24,000 nt of DNA from Candidatus Calditenuaceae archaeon (lineage in GTDB: Archaea; Thermoproteota; Nitrososphaeria_A; Caldarchaeales; Calditenuaceae). Every line of letters starts with the position of its first letter. Positions within the stretch are counted from its first letter, which is position 1. The position numbers and the translations under genes are program-made. Under the pieces are notes generated by a model. The model worked only from the letters and a program-made list of their open reading frames with translations. It did no database searches and had not been told where the DNA came from. The stretch covers positions 23,851-47,850 of the forward strand of contig JANXEU010000002.1 in the NCBI GenBank assembly GCA_025058055.1, written 5' to 3'. This document shows positions 15,199 to 22,837 of the stretch, one piece after another.

Positions 15199-15953
15199 CT
15201 TCCCTTCCAGTAGGACTGATAGGTTCCGCGTTCCATCAGGACCACATCGGTATTGACGAAGATCCCTCCCTCCTCGACGTCGAGCGCTGACTTCTCGGCC
15301 CTTCCGAGCGCGACCAGCTCGCCCTTGAGCGTCTGGACTGCCACTAGGTCTCCGGGCTCTATTCGACGGCTGAGCCTCGCGATCCCCGCGACTGCCAGAG
15401 GCGCCCCGTGACAGACAGCATCAACGGCCGTGTCAAGGACCTCGACCTTGGGGAGATAAGATACGAGTTCCTCCGGGTTCCTAACGAACTCCTCGAGCCA
15501 CCGGCCTTCGCCCTCCCTGTAGGCCTTCACAGCTGCGAAGAGTTCCAGAAGGCTGACCGCCTGATCCTCCGTTACCGGGCCGCTCCTAGTCCTCCTCAGC
15601 TCCACCATGTGAGCCCCAATGCCCAGCAGCAGTCCGAGGTCGTGGCAGAGCTTCCTCAGATAGGTCCCGCCGCTGACTAGGGCCTTGAAAAGGACGTCCC
15701 TCCCCTCGAACTCGAGGACCTCCAGCTCGTAGACTACCCTCACCCTAGGCCTCCTCGCGACCCTAGACCTTATCGGCGGAGTCTGGTAGATCTCCCCTAC
15801 GAACTCCCTCAGCGCGTCAAGCAACTCCTCGCGCTTCACGTCACCGTGGAGCCTCATCAGGCAGACGTACTCCTTCGGCTGCCCTGCGATCGCTTGAGTG
15901 AGCCTCGTGGCCCTTCCCAACATCACCGGTAGCACGCCGGTTACGGCGGGGTC
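15177..15953 (-). CDS. cbf5: tRNA/rRNA pseudouridine synthase Cbf5, exon 2 (catalytic Asp to PUA domain)
   Basis: Begins DPAVTGVLPVMLGRATRLTQ...PKEYVCLMRLH and has a C-terminal PUA-like region. The ORF track starts only at an internal GTG (15935). Joined to exon 1 it gives a 337-aa product. Confidence 0.85.
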   Translation of the reverse strand, partial: DPAVTGVLPVMLGRATRLTQAIAGQPKEYVCLMRLHGDVKREELLDALREFVGEIYQTPPIRSRVARRPRVRVVYELEVLEFEGRDVLFKALVSGGTYLRKLCHDLGLLLGIGAHMVELRRTRSGPVTEDQAVSLLELFAAVKAYREGEGRWLEEFVRNPEELVSYLPKVEVLDTAVDAVCHGAPLAVAGIARLSRRIEPGDLVAVQTLKGELVALGRAEKSALDVEEGGIFVNTDVVLMERGTYQSYWKGRWRPQEI

Positions 15954-15975
15954 TCCCCGGCTTCCCTCAGGCCTC
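15954..15975 (-). other. 22-nt BHB intron inside the cbf5 coding sequence
   Basis: An in-frame TGA follows GHGGTLEA. Deleting 22 nt restores GHGGTL-DPAVTGVLPV. Two AGA bulges are separated by the 4-bp helix CCCU:GGGG (see finding). Boundaries are equivalent within the AGA repeat. Confidence 0.8.
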
Positions 15976-16212
15976 TAGGGTCCCGCCGTGTCCGGCCCTC
16001 TCCACGCCGAGCACTCTCCTTACCGAGTTGACGATGTCGTGGCTCGTCGGGCCCGCGTGCTTGTCGATCGCCACGTAACCGAACTCGAGCCTCTCCTCAA
16101 TCGTCCTCAGCTCGGGCGGCTTGCCGTAGCGTTGATCGGTCTCGGCCTCGATCAGCGTGATCATCTCCCTCGCCTGTTCTCCGAATGGGTCACCGTACCT
16201 CAGGACGTTCAT
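15976..16212 (-). CDS. cbf5: Cbf5, exon 1
   Basis: 79 codons ending ...[31 protein letters not shown], the conserved TruB/Cbf5 motif I-II region. A TATA-like AATAAAGATAT (plus strand 16244-16257) lies about 35-45 nt upstream. Confidence 0.85.
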
Positions 16213-16357
16213 CCGGCTTCGGGCTGAAGTGTTGCCTCGGCATGATATCTTTATTGCATCACGTTACGTCAGCGGGCCCTCAGACGGCCATCACCTGACG
16301 TCCTAGGACTTCTGGAAGGTAAGGCAAAAGTCATTAGCTCCACGACGTTGTGACGTT

Positions 16358-17542
16358 GTGCCCTCATTGCCGTACTACGTCGTCCTCTGGTTGGTGATGC
16401 TTTTCGGATGGATAACGAACTACGTCTGCAGGATCATAGTGGCTCCCGGTGTTCCTGACATAATGCGAGAGTACGGAACCTCTTATGAGGTTACCGGTCT
16501 CGGCCTCATGACCGTTCTGTTGGTCGGATACTTCACGATGCAGCTGCCTGCGGGTCTGATAGGAGATCGATTCGGCAGGAAGAGGGTTCTGGTCCTAGGG
16601 CCCGTGCTGTGGGGAACTGCAACGATTGCTGCCGCTCTGGCTCCCTCCTTTCAGCTACTGGCTGTCTCGAGGTTCTTCAAGGGACTTGCCATGGGAACTT
16701 ACTTCGGAAACGACCGCCCGGTCGTTGCGGCTCACACACCGAAGGAGAAGATGGGGATAGGTCAAGGAGTCTCCTTCTCCGGACTCGGAATAGGGATGGG
16801 GCTCGGCATAATGCTTGGCGGTGTAATGACTGAAGCCCTCGGATGGCGAACTACCCTGATGTTAGTCTCCCTGCCGCCCTTTTTAGCGAGCGCCTTGCTG
16901 TTGAAGTTCGTCAAGGAGCCACCGGCGTCCTCGTCCTCGCATAAAGTTTCTAAGGCTTCTATCGGAGAGGTCTTCAGGAACAGGGACTTGTGGTTGCTGA
17001 ACTTCGCGGCCTTCTGCTCACTCTTCTCACTCTGGTCCGTCCTTTGGCTTCCCACGGTCTTCAGGGAGGAGGGCATCGAGACCGAGTGGGCCTCTGTTCT
17101 CTCCTCGCTCTTCGGGTTCGCGAGTCCGTTCGGACTCATGTTCAGCGGTTTCGTCTCGGACATGCTAGTGCGACGAGGCATCGGAAGGAAGGCGTGGCTC
17201 GGAACGTCGATCGTTCTGCACGGCCTCCTCTGGTCCCTGTTCGGGTATGCGTTGAGCATGAGGGCTCCTCTCTGGGTTTTGATGGTGCTCGTCTTCGGCG
17301 CAGGGTTCTGGCAGTGGGGTCTCTGGTCGCCAATGTACGCGATCATCGCAACGATGGTGCCTGCCGGTGTCATGGGAACGGCGTACGGTTTGAACAACTT
17401 CGTCGGCCAGATGGGTGGCGTCTCTCCGTGGATAATCGGGTGGATAAGAGACCTGACAGGTAGCTTCATTCCTGCATACTACGTCGTAGGCGCGATCGCG
17501 ATTGTGGGAGGTTGCAGCGCCTTGTTGGTCAGAAGAAGGTAA
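16358..17542 (+). CDS. MFS transporter
   Basis: 394 aa with about 12 hydrophobic segments. MFS motif A is GLIGDRFGRKRVLVLG, between TM2 and TM3. GTG start. Confidence 0.85.
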   Translation: MPSLPYYVVLWLVMLFGWITNYVCRIIVAPGVPDIMREYGTSYEVTGLGLMTVLLVGYFTMQLPAGLIGDRFGRKRVLVLGPVLWGTATIAAALAPSFQLLAVSRFFKGLAMGTYFGNDRPVVAAHTPKEKMGIGQGVSFSGLGIGMGLGIMLGGVMTEALGWRTTLMLVSLPPFLASALLLKFVKEPPASSSSHKVSKASIGEVFRNRDLWLLNFAAFCSLFSLWSVLWLPTVFREEGIETEWASVLSSLFGFASPFGLMFSGFVSDMLVRRGIGRKAWLGTSIVLHGLLWSLFGYALSMRAPLWVLMVLVFGAGFWQWGLWSPMYAIIATMVPAGVMGTAYGLNNFVGQMGGVSPWIIGWIRDLTGSFIPAYYVVGAIAIVGGCSALLVRRR

Positions 17543-17689
17543 GGGTCAAGTGGAGTCCTTCTCTAATCTGGGGTCCTTTGAGTAAGGTGAACTGCTCAAC
17601 GCGTACTTGAGGTGGGAGCGCAGAGCCTTTCAAAGCACTTATGAACGGATCACGTGCAATGAAGTCCTCGAAAACCTCAACTTACCGTC

Positions 17690-18310
17690 TCAGACGCTGC
17701 CCTTCGTCGACCTCCCGTAAGCGTAGCGAGGGTTCGTCGACCACGCGTGTCTTAGAGCCAAGGCTAAAGCCTTGAAGGCCGCCTCTACCTTGTGATGATC
17801 GTTGTACCCTCTTAAGACCTCGACGTGTGCGACCGCGGGGACGTTGATCACCACCGATTCGATGAAGTGAACCAGATCCTCCGCTGCTACGTCCTCGACC
17901 CGCGTGCCAGTGAGCTTCAGATCGACTCTCACGTAGGCCCTCCTCACTAAGTCAACCGCGACGCTTGCGATGCTCTCGTCCATGGGGACAAGCGCGTGAC
18001 CGAACCTGTTGATGCCCTCGCGCTCGCCGAGCGCTTCACCGATGGCCTTACCAAGCGTTATGGCCGTGTCCTCGACGCCGTGGTGGACGAGGTCCCACTT
18101 CACCGAGACCCTCATATCAGAAAGGCTGTGAAAAGCCAGCTGGGCCAGCATGTGGTCGAGGAACTTCAACCCCGTGCTGCCCTCGAAGAGGCCCTGGCCG
18201 TCGAGCGAGATCGACACCTCCACCTCTGTCTCCGACGTCTTCCTAGAGCAGCTGCCGAACCTCCCAGTGGTCAACCCATCCGAGTTCCAACTCGGTGGAT
18301 ATAGGTTCAA
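17690..18310 (-). CDS. hisB: Imidazoleglycerol-phosphate dehydratase
   Basis: Contains RKTSETEVEVSISLDG, FLDHMLAQLAFHS, HH.VEDTAI.LG, PMDE and NDHHKVEAAFKALA, all IGPD signatures. Start is uncertain (TTG 18310 or TTG 18274). Confidence 0.9.
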   Translation of the reverse strand: MNLYPPSWNSDGLTTGRFGSCSRKTSETEVEVSISLDGQGLFEGSTGLKFLDHMLAQLAFHSLSDMRVSVKWDLVHHGVEDTAITLGKAIGEALGEREGINRFGHALVPMDESIASVAVDLVRRAYVRVDLKLTGTRVEDVAAEDLVHFIESVVINVPAVAHVEVLRGYNDHHKVEAAFKALALALRHAWSTNPRYAYGRSTKGSV

Positions 18311-18367
18311 CGCAGGGGCGTCCTCTGGATCGTGTTGCCCAAGTTAAAGGAGGGTTCTGTTATGGTC

Positions 18368-19564
18368 TCAAGAGGAGGTGCTGGAGGAGCGAGCCTTAAC
18401 GACCTCCATCAGGCTCACGAGCTCCCTCACGTCGTGCGCTATCACGTCGGCCTTCAGCTCGATGAACTCCCTTCGTGCCGAGTCGGGATCCTCCGATAGA
18501 CCGATTATCCCAGCGAAGAGCGGCCTGACGCCGTACGACTCCGCATAGCTGCACATGTAGAGGTCCTCGGCCGAGTTGCCGACGTAGAGGACCTCACGGA
18601 CGTCTCCGAGGGCTACAACGGACTTGATGAGACCGTAGGGGCTCGGTTTAGATACGACCTCACCCAACCCGCTGCGGGACTCGTCTGAGAGGAAGACGCA
18701 CGCTCTCTCATTGAACAGGCCCATCACTTCGTTGAGCACAAGGGCCGTGGTGTAGCGCTCCCTACCTGTCACCATCCCAAGCCCCCCGATGCCGAGCTGC
18801 TCCTTGAGCTTGAGGAGCATCGCCTCGTCGACGAGCGGGGTCTCGTTCTGGAAGAGGCCCTTTCCGAGCTCGAAGTAAGGGCCTCTACCGAAGAGTTCCC
18901 GGACCACCATCGGGCCGTAGTAGAGGTCGTCGAAGACCGTCTCGAGCAGGTCCCTTCCGTAGACCCTACCAGTACCGATGAAGCGCTTGAAGAGCTCGTA
19001 CTCCTCGCCGATGCCTTTGTCACGGGCCTCTTCCCCAAAAACCCTCTCCAGCATCTCCCTGCTGACGTGCTTCTGCCTGTCGCCCGTGACCGACAGTATG
19101 GCGTCCTCTATGGGGATTGGGTTGAACCTTCCGAGCCGTTTAGCGTGAGATCTCCGTCTCATCATCTCTAATTCCACGGTCCGCAGAAGTTCGTCTGGGC
19201 CCTCTGAACGTTCCAGCGCACGTTCAAGGACCTCGCCGAGCTCCCTCGCGAGCGTCGTCTCCGATCCCGAGAACAGCCAGAGCAGCATTACCCATGCTGT
19301 GTCGACGTCGTTGTTGAAGCCACCGGTGCTCCTCAGCCTGTACACCACCGAGATGTCGAGCGATGTCTCAGGCACCTCGATGCCCATCGAGCGCTCCAGC
19401 ACCGTCCTCACCGACTCGATGATCGCCCTGTCGTAGGAGCCCCTCACGTCGATCAGGACGCCGTCGCAGTCGAAGATCACCGCGTCGACCTCTTTCAGCC
19501 TCTCCAGCGAGCGGAGGGCCACCAGAGCCCCCGAGACCTTCGCGTAGTTCATGATCTCTGCCAA
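18368..19564 (-). CDS. HAD-superfamily hydrolase with very large cap insertion (function unknown)
   Basis: 398 aa. Motif I is VIFDCDGVLIDV, motif II MVTGR, motif III KPSPYGL and motif IV YVGNSAEDL. About 200 aa lie between motifs I and II. ATG 19552 may be the true start, since A/T box 19583-19590 lies upstream. Confidence 0.7.
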   Translation of the reverse strand: MAEIMNYAKVSGALVALRSLERLKEVDAVIFDCDGVLIDVRGSYDRAIIESVRTVLERSMGIEVPETSLDISVVYRLRSTGGFNNDVDTAWVMLLWLFSGSETTLARELGEVLERALERSEGPDELLRTVELEMMRRRSHAKRLGRFNPIPIEDAILSVTGDRQKHVSREMLERVFGEEARDKGIGEEYELFKRFIGTGRVYGRDLLETVFDDLYYGPMVVRELFGRGPYFELGKGLFQNETPLVDEAMLLKLKEQLGIGGLGMVTGRERYTTALVLNEVMGLFNERACVFLSDESRSGLGEVVSKPSPYGLIKSVVALGDVREVLYVGNSAEDLYMCSYAESYGVRPLFAGIIGLSEDPDSARREFIELKADVIAHDVRELVSLMEVVKARSSSTSS

Positions 19565-19623
19565 CTAGAAGGTTAGCCCGTGAACAAAAATCTACCCAGA
19601 GACTTCGACCACTTGTCCCGATG

Positions 19624-20262
19624 TCATCCCGCGTACCACAGGTAAACCAAGTAGAGGCCAGCGCCGACGAGCACGATCCTCGAGAGATGGTTCGTGTATT
19701 TCATCAGCCTGCCTAACTTCTTGATGAGGCCAGCTCCGATCAGCGATGAGGCAGTCACTAAAGTTGTCAGAGGTGTAGCGACGCCCGTCGTGTAGGCCAG
19801 CACCAGCATCAGAGCGCCGTCGGGGCCCAGAGCCAGCGCATAGGTGAACAGGACTGCGAAGGTCGGAACCGCACAGCCTGCAGCTCCCAGCGAGTAGGCG
19901 GAACCTGCAAGCACGATCGCGAAGGCCCTAGGGCCCTTGAACTCGGACCCCATGAGGTTGAATCGGGGCGCGACGCCAAGTGCTCCTAACGCCACGCACA
20001 TAACCCCCGCAACCAAGTTCAGGTTCGGCATCAGGGACCTCAGCGTCTCCCTGAAGGCCAAGGAGATGGCCGTGAGGGCAGACAACGTCAGCAGGGCACC
20101 AGTCAACAAAAGCACCACTCTCATAGCTATCCTCGATGGCCGTCGGTCCAACGAGAGTCCGTATATTACGAGCGCGGGGAGGAGGGAGTAACCGCAAGGT
20201 GAGAGGGCTGTCGATAGCCCCGCTAGGAACACTAGGGTGACCGTGACGAGGTCAACGTTCAA
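19624..20262 (-). CDS. ccdA: CcdA/DsbD-family thiol-disulfide transmembrane electron transporter
   Basis: 212 aa with about 6 TM segments. Conserved Cys are in TM1 (LSPCGYSLLPAL) and TM4 (GAAGCAVPTF). The TTG start overlaps the upstream stop (TTGA). Confidence 0.8.
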   Translation of the reverse strand: MNVDLVTVTLVFLAGLSTALSPCGYSLLPALVIYGLSLDRRPSRIAMRVVLLLTGALLTLSALTAISLAFRETLRSLMPNLNLVAGVMCVALGALGVAPRFNLMGSEFKGPRAFAIVLAGSAYSLGAAGCAVPTFAVLFTYALALGPDGALMLVLAYTTGVATPLTTLVTASSLIGAGLIKKLGRLMKYTNHLSRIVLVGAGLYLVYLWYAG

Positions 20263-21269
20263 CCGTGGGACTCCTCTATGATCTTCTTGACGGCCGATTC
20301 TAGGTCTTGTGGCGGGAAGACGCCGAACCGCTTCTCGTAGACCATCCTGCCCTTCACGTCGAACCCGAAGATCGTCTCCTGAGAGACTACCCTGAGGTCC
20401 TGCATGAACTGCAGGTTGGTGAGGATGAAGGTCCAGTCGTCCGGCAGCGAGTGTCTGGTCTTGAAATGGGCTATGTCCTGCTCGATGTCGCCGGGGTCAA
20501 AGCTCTTCACCAGCACCGTTATCGCGCCCTTGTACTTGGGGTAGACCTGAGCGAGGTTTCTAACGTTGGTGCTGCAGGTGGGGCACCAAGTCGCGAAGAA
20601 GAGCATAATGACAGGCTTACCCCTGGCCAGGACCTCGCCGAGGGTCAGCTTCCTCCCCTCGATCGTGACCAGCTCCCTGTGGAGGTAGTGGAGGTCTTCT
20701 GCGTGGGACGCGTGGTCGTGTCTTCCCATTCCGGAACTGACGGCTTCGCCCTTGAGCTTGGAGAGGTGCTCCTCCAGCAGCGCCTCCCACGACACGACCT
20801 TACCACCCCTCTTCAACGCGAAGTCTGATGCCTTGCTGATGTCCTTAAAGGCAATCAGGCCCGAGAGCATCGGTGTCCTGATGGGTGCCCCGATGACGTA
20901 CCACGCACCTGTCGAGCTGATCTGCTCTCTGGTCTCGAGGTCGTAAACGTATACGACTTCAATCCTGTTGAGCCTGAGGCCCTTCAGAACGCCTTCGCCC
21001 TCGACCTTTCCGGTACCCACCAAAAGGTATGTGAGCATGCAGCCGATGTCATCGAACTTCCTCCACCTTCCGTCGGCCAGCATGAGGGCGGAGAACCTGC
21101 TATCGTTTATGACCATCCCGCAGTACTCGCACCTGTCCGAGCCTATCCTCAGCTGCGATTCACTCGGTTCCAGAAGCTCCCTGCCCACGATGAACGCAGC
21201 ACCAAGCGCTATGGCAGCTGAGCTCGCAGCGATCAAGACCCTCCTTCGGCCTGGGTTAACGGGGTTCAT
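20259..21269 (-). CDS. NosL-like copper chaperone fused to TlpA/ResA-like thioredoxin, Tat-type signal
   Basis: I chose the ATG at 21269, which gives an ATGA overlap with the cupredoxin stop; the ORF track starts at 21299. N-terminal GRRRVLIAASSAAIALGA is followed by the NosL-type segment DRCEYCGMVINDSRFSA...KFDDIGCM...TPM.SGLIAF (CxxCGM at nt 21114-21131). A His-rich linker GRHDHASHAEDLHYLH lies at 20679-20729. The thioredoxin fold has WCPTC at 20574-20588. Confidence 0.8.
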   Translation of the reverse strand: MNPVNPGRRRVLIAASSAAIALGAAFIVGRELLEPSESQLRIGSDRCEYCGMVINDSRFSALMLADGRWRKFDDIGCMLTYLLVGTGKVEGEGVLKGLRLNRIEVVYVYDLETREQISSTGAWYVIGAPIRTPMLSGLIAFKDISKASDFALKRGGKVVSWEALLEEHLSKLKGEAVSSGMGRHDHASHAEDLHYLHRELVTIEGRKLTLGEVLARGKPVIMLFFATWCPTCSTNVRNLAQVYPKYKGAITVLVKSFDPGDIEQDIAHFKTRHSLPDDWTFILTNLQFMQDLRVVSQETIFGFDVKGRMVYEKRFGVFPPQDLESAVKKIIEESHG

Positions 21270-21730
21270 GATACCACGATTACCGTCCCGGTCATCCACG
21301 GATGCAGGTTGCAGTAGTAGTCGAACCTCCCGGCCTTGTTGAACGTGAAGGAGGCCGAGCCTCCGGGGCTGATCGACGGGTAGTTGAAGGAGCCGTCCCG
21401 GGCCACGACTGCGTGCACGACATCGTCCTCGTTGACCCAGACGACCGTGTTGTTGACGTTTATCTTGACCCTAATGGTCTGAGGGTCGAAGGTCAAGTTA
21501 GGGTTGGTCCCGGACCCCTTCGGGTTCTTCACGATCACCCTGCCCGGAGTAGGTACAGGAGTCTCCTGTCTCGGAGTGGTCCTAGGCGTCGGCGTAGGTG
21601 TCGGAGTTGTGGGTGTCGTCGGCGTCTGGGTAGGTTGGGGAGCTTCCTGCTGCGAGACCAACAAGATGTAGGCCGCTGCACCGAGGACCGCGACGAGTAT
21701 CAGAACGGATATCGCGGACGTTCTGTTCAT
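21266..21730 (-). CDS. Membrane-anchored type-1 (blue) copper protein, amicyanin-like
   Basis: 154 aa. An N-terminal TM helix is followed by a Pro/Thr-rich linker (PTQTPTTPTTPTPTPTPRTTP). The cupredoxin domain has ligands H (VVHAVV) and C-x2-H-x2-M (YYCNLHPWM). Confidence 0.85.
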   Translation of the reverse strand: MNRTSAISVLILVAVLGAAAYILLVSQQEAPQPTQTPTTPTTPTPTPTPRTTPRQETPVPTPGRVIVKNPKGSGTNPNLTFDPQTIRVKINVNNTVVWVNEDDVVHAVVARDGSFNYPSISPGGSASFTFNKAGRFDYYCNLHPWMTGTVIVVS

Positions 21731-21744
21731 GTCGATCTAACCCG

Positions 21745-22797
21745 TCACTCCTCTATTATCAGTATGCCGATCATACCTGCGTCAGCGTGGGAGACGACGT
21801 GGCAGTGGAAGAGGAAGACTCCTGGCTTGGTGTAGGTCACCTCGATCGTGTCAGCGGCTCCCGGGACGAGTGGCACGACCTGAGCCGGCCAAGACCTGCC
21901 TCCCAGCACCCACTTCGACTTAAGGTCGCCGACATGGAGGTGGAAGCTGTGGTAGATGTCGCCGATGTTGACGATGTGGAACCTGATCTTCTCCCCGACC
22001 TTCGCCTTGAAGACCGGGAACGAGCTGTTGAAGAGCTTGACAACGCCCTCCAAACCCTTCAGCTGCGGGAAGATCTTGCTCTGGCCGACGTAGACCAGCT
22101 CTAGCTCAGGCTCGCCTCCGGGCAGACCCATCCCGTTCATGATGTAGAAGGGCCTCGGGCCCTCGCCGACGATGGCTCCCTGCACCGACGGTAGCTCAGA
22201 CATGAAGATCACGAACTCCCTAGCGGGCGGCTCATCGAAGTCGTAGACGATTATCGCACCGTAGAGGCCCATCAACATGTGGTCGACGATCCTGTGGCCT
22301 CCCCCGACGAGCGGTCCGCCCGAGTGGCAGTGATAGTACCAAATCCCGGCCTTGGTCGCGGGCCACTCATAGGTCCACTCTCCTCCCGGAGGTATCATCG
22401 AGCCTTTGCCGGTGCCGGTCACGAGATTGATCTGGCTGCCGTCGTGCTGGAGCTCGTAGTAGGGCATGTGCGGGTGGAGGCTGTGCGTCAGGTTGAGCTT
22501 GTTGACCGCCCTAACCCTGATCAGGTCTCCGACCTTCGCCATCAGCGTAGGACCGGGCACTGTGCCGTTGTAGGTCCATGCCTTCCAGGTCACCCCCGGC
22601 GCGATCTCGATGTTCGCCTGCTTGATCTCGATGTAGTACTCCCTCACCTGCCCTGTCTGCGCGACGGCAGGCACGCCCGCCAGCTGCTGGAGCTGCCTGA
22701 AGACGGGCGAGACGTACGGCGCCACCAGCACGCCCAACACTGCTCCCAGTGCCACGAAGATCAGGAAGCCGAGTACAATCCTGCCTCTTTCGTTCAT
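21745..22797 (-). CDS. Two-domain multicopper oxidase (type-1 Cu ligand sets in both domains)
   Basis: 350 aa with an N-terminal signal anchor. Domain 1 has HSLHPH (aa 105-110, nt 22468-22485) and YHCH (156-158), followed by H168/H173/M174. Domain 2 has HSFHLH (283-288) and HCHVVSHADAGM (331-342, nt 21772-21807). Confidence 0.85.
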   Translation of the reverse strand: MNERGRIVLGFLIFVALGAVLGVLVAPYVSPVFRQLQQLAGVPAVAQTGQVREYYIEIKQANIEIAPGVTWKAWTYNGTVPGPTLMAKVGDLIRVRAVNKLNLTHSLHPHMPYYELQHDGSQINLVTGTGKGSMIPPGGEWTYEWPATKAGIWYYHCHSGGPLVGGGHRIVDHMLMGLYGAIIVYDFDEPPAREFVIFMSELPSVQGAIVGEGPRPFYIMNGMGLPGGEPELELVYVGQSKIFPQLKGLEGVVKLFNSSFPVFKAKVGEKIRFHIVNIGDIYHSFHLHVGDLKSKWVLGGRSWPAQVVPLVPGAADTIEVTYTKPGVFLFHCHVVSHADAGMIGILIIEE

Positions 22798-22837
22798 GCT
22801 CGTATTTTCAATCGATTACCTGAAATACCTTAACAGC

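Noticed and set aside
16762-17469. 235-aa minus-strand ORF and other ORFs inside the MFS gene
   Set aside because: They are antisense shadow ORFs with low-complexity translations. The plus-strand MFS gene has motif A and about 12 TM segments.
20307-22833. Long plus-strand ORFs (173, 124, 177, 105 and 184 aa) across the copper cluster
   Set aside because: All are antisense to genes with clear metal-site motifs. Their translations are Arg/Asp/Val-rich low complexity, typical of GC-rich antisense frames.
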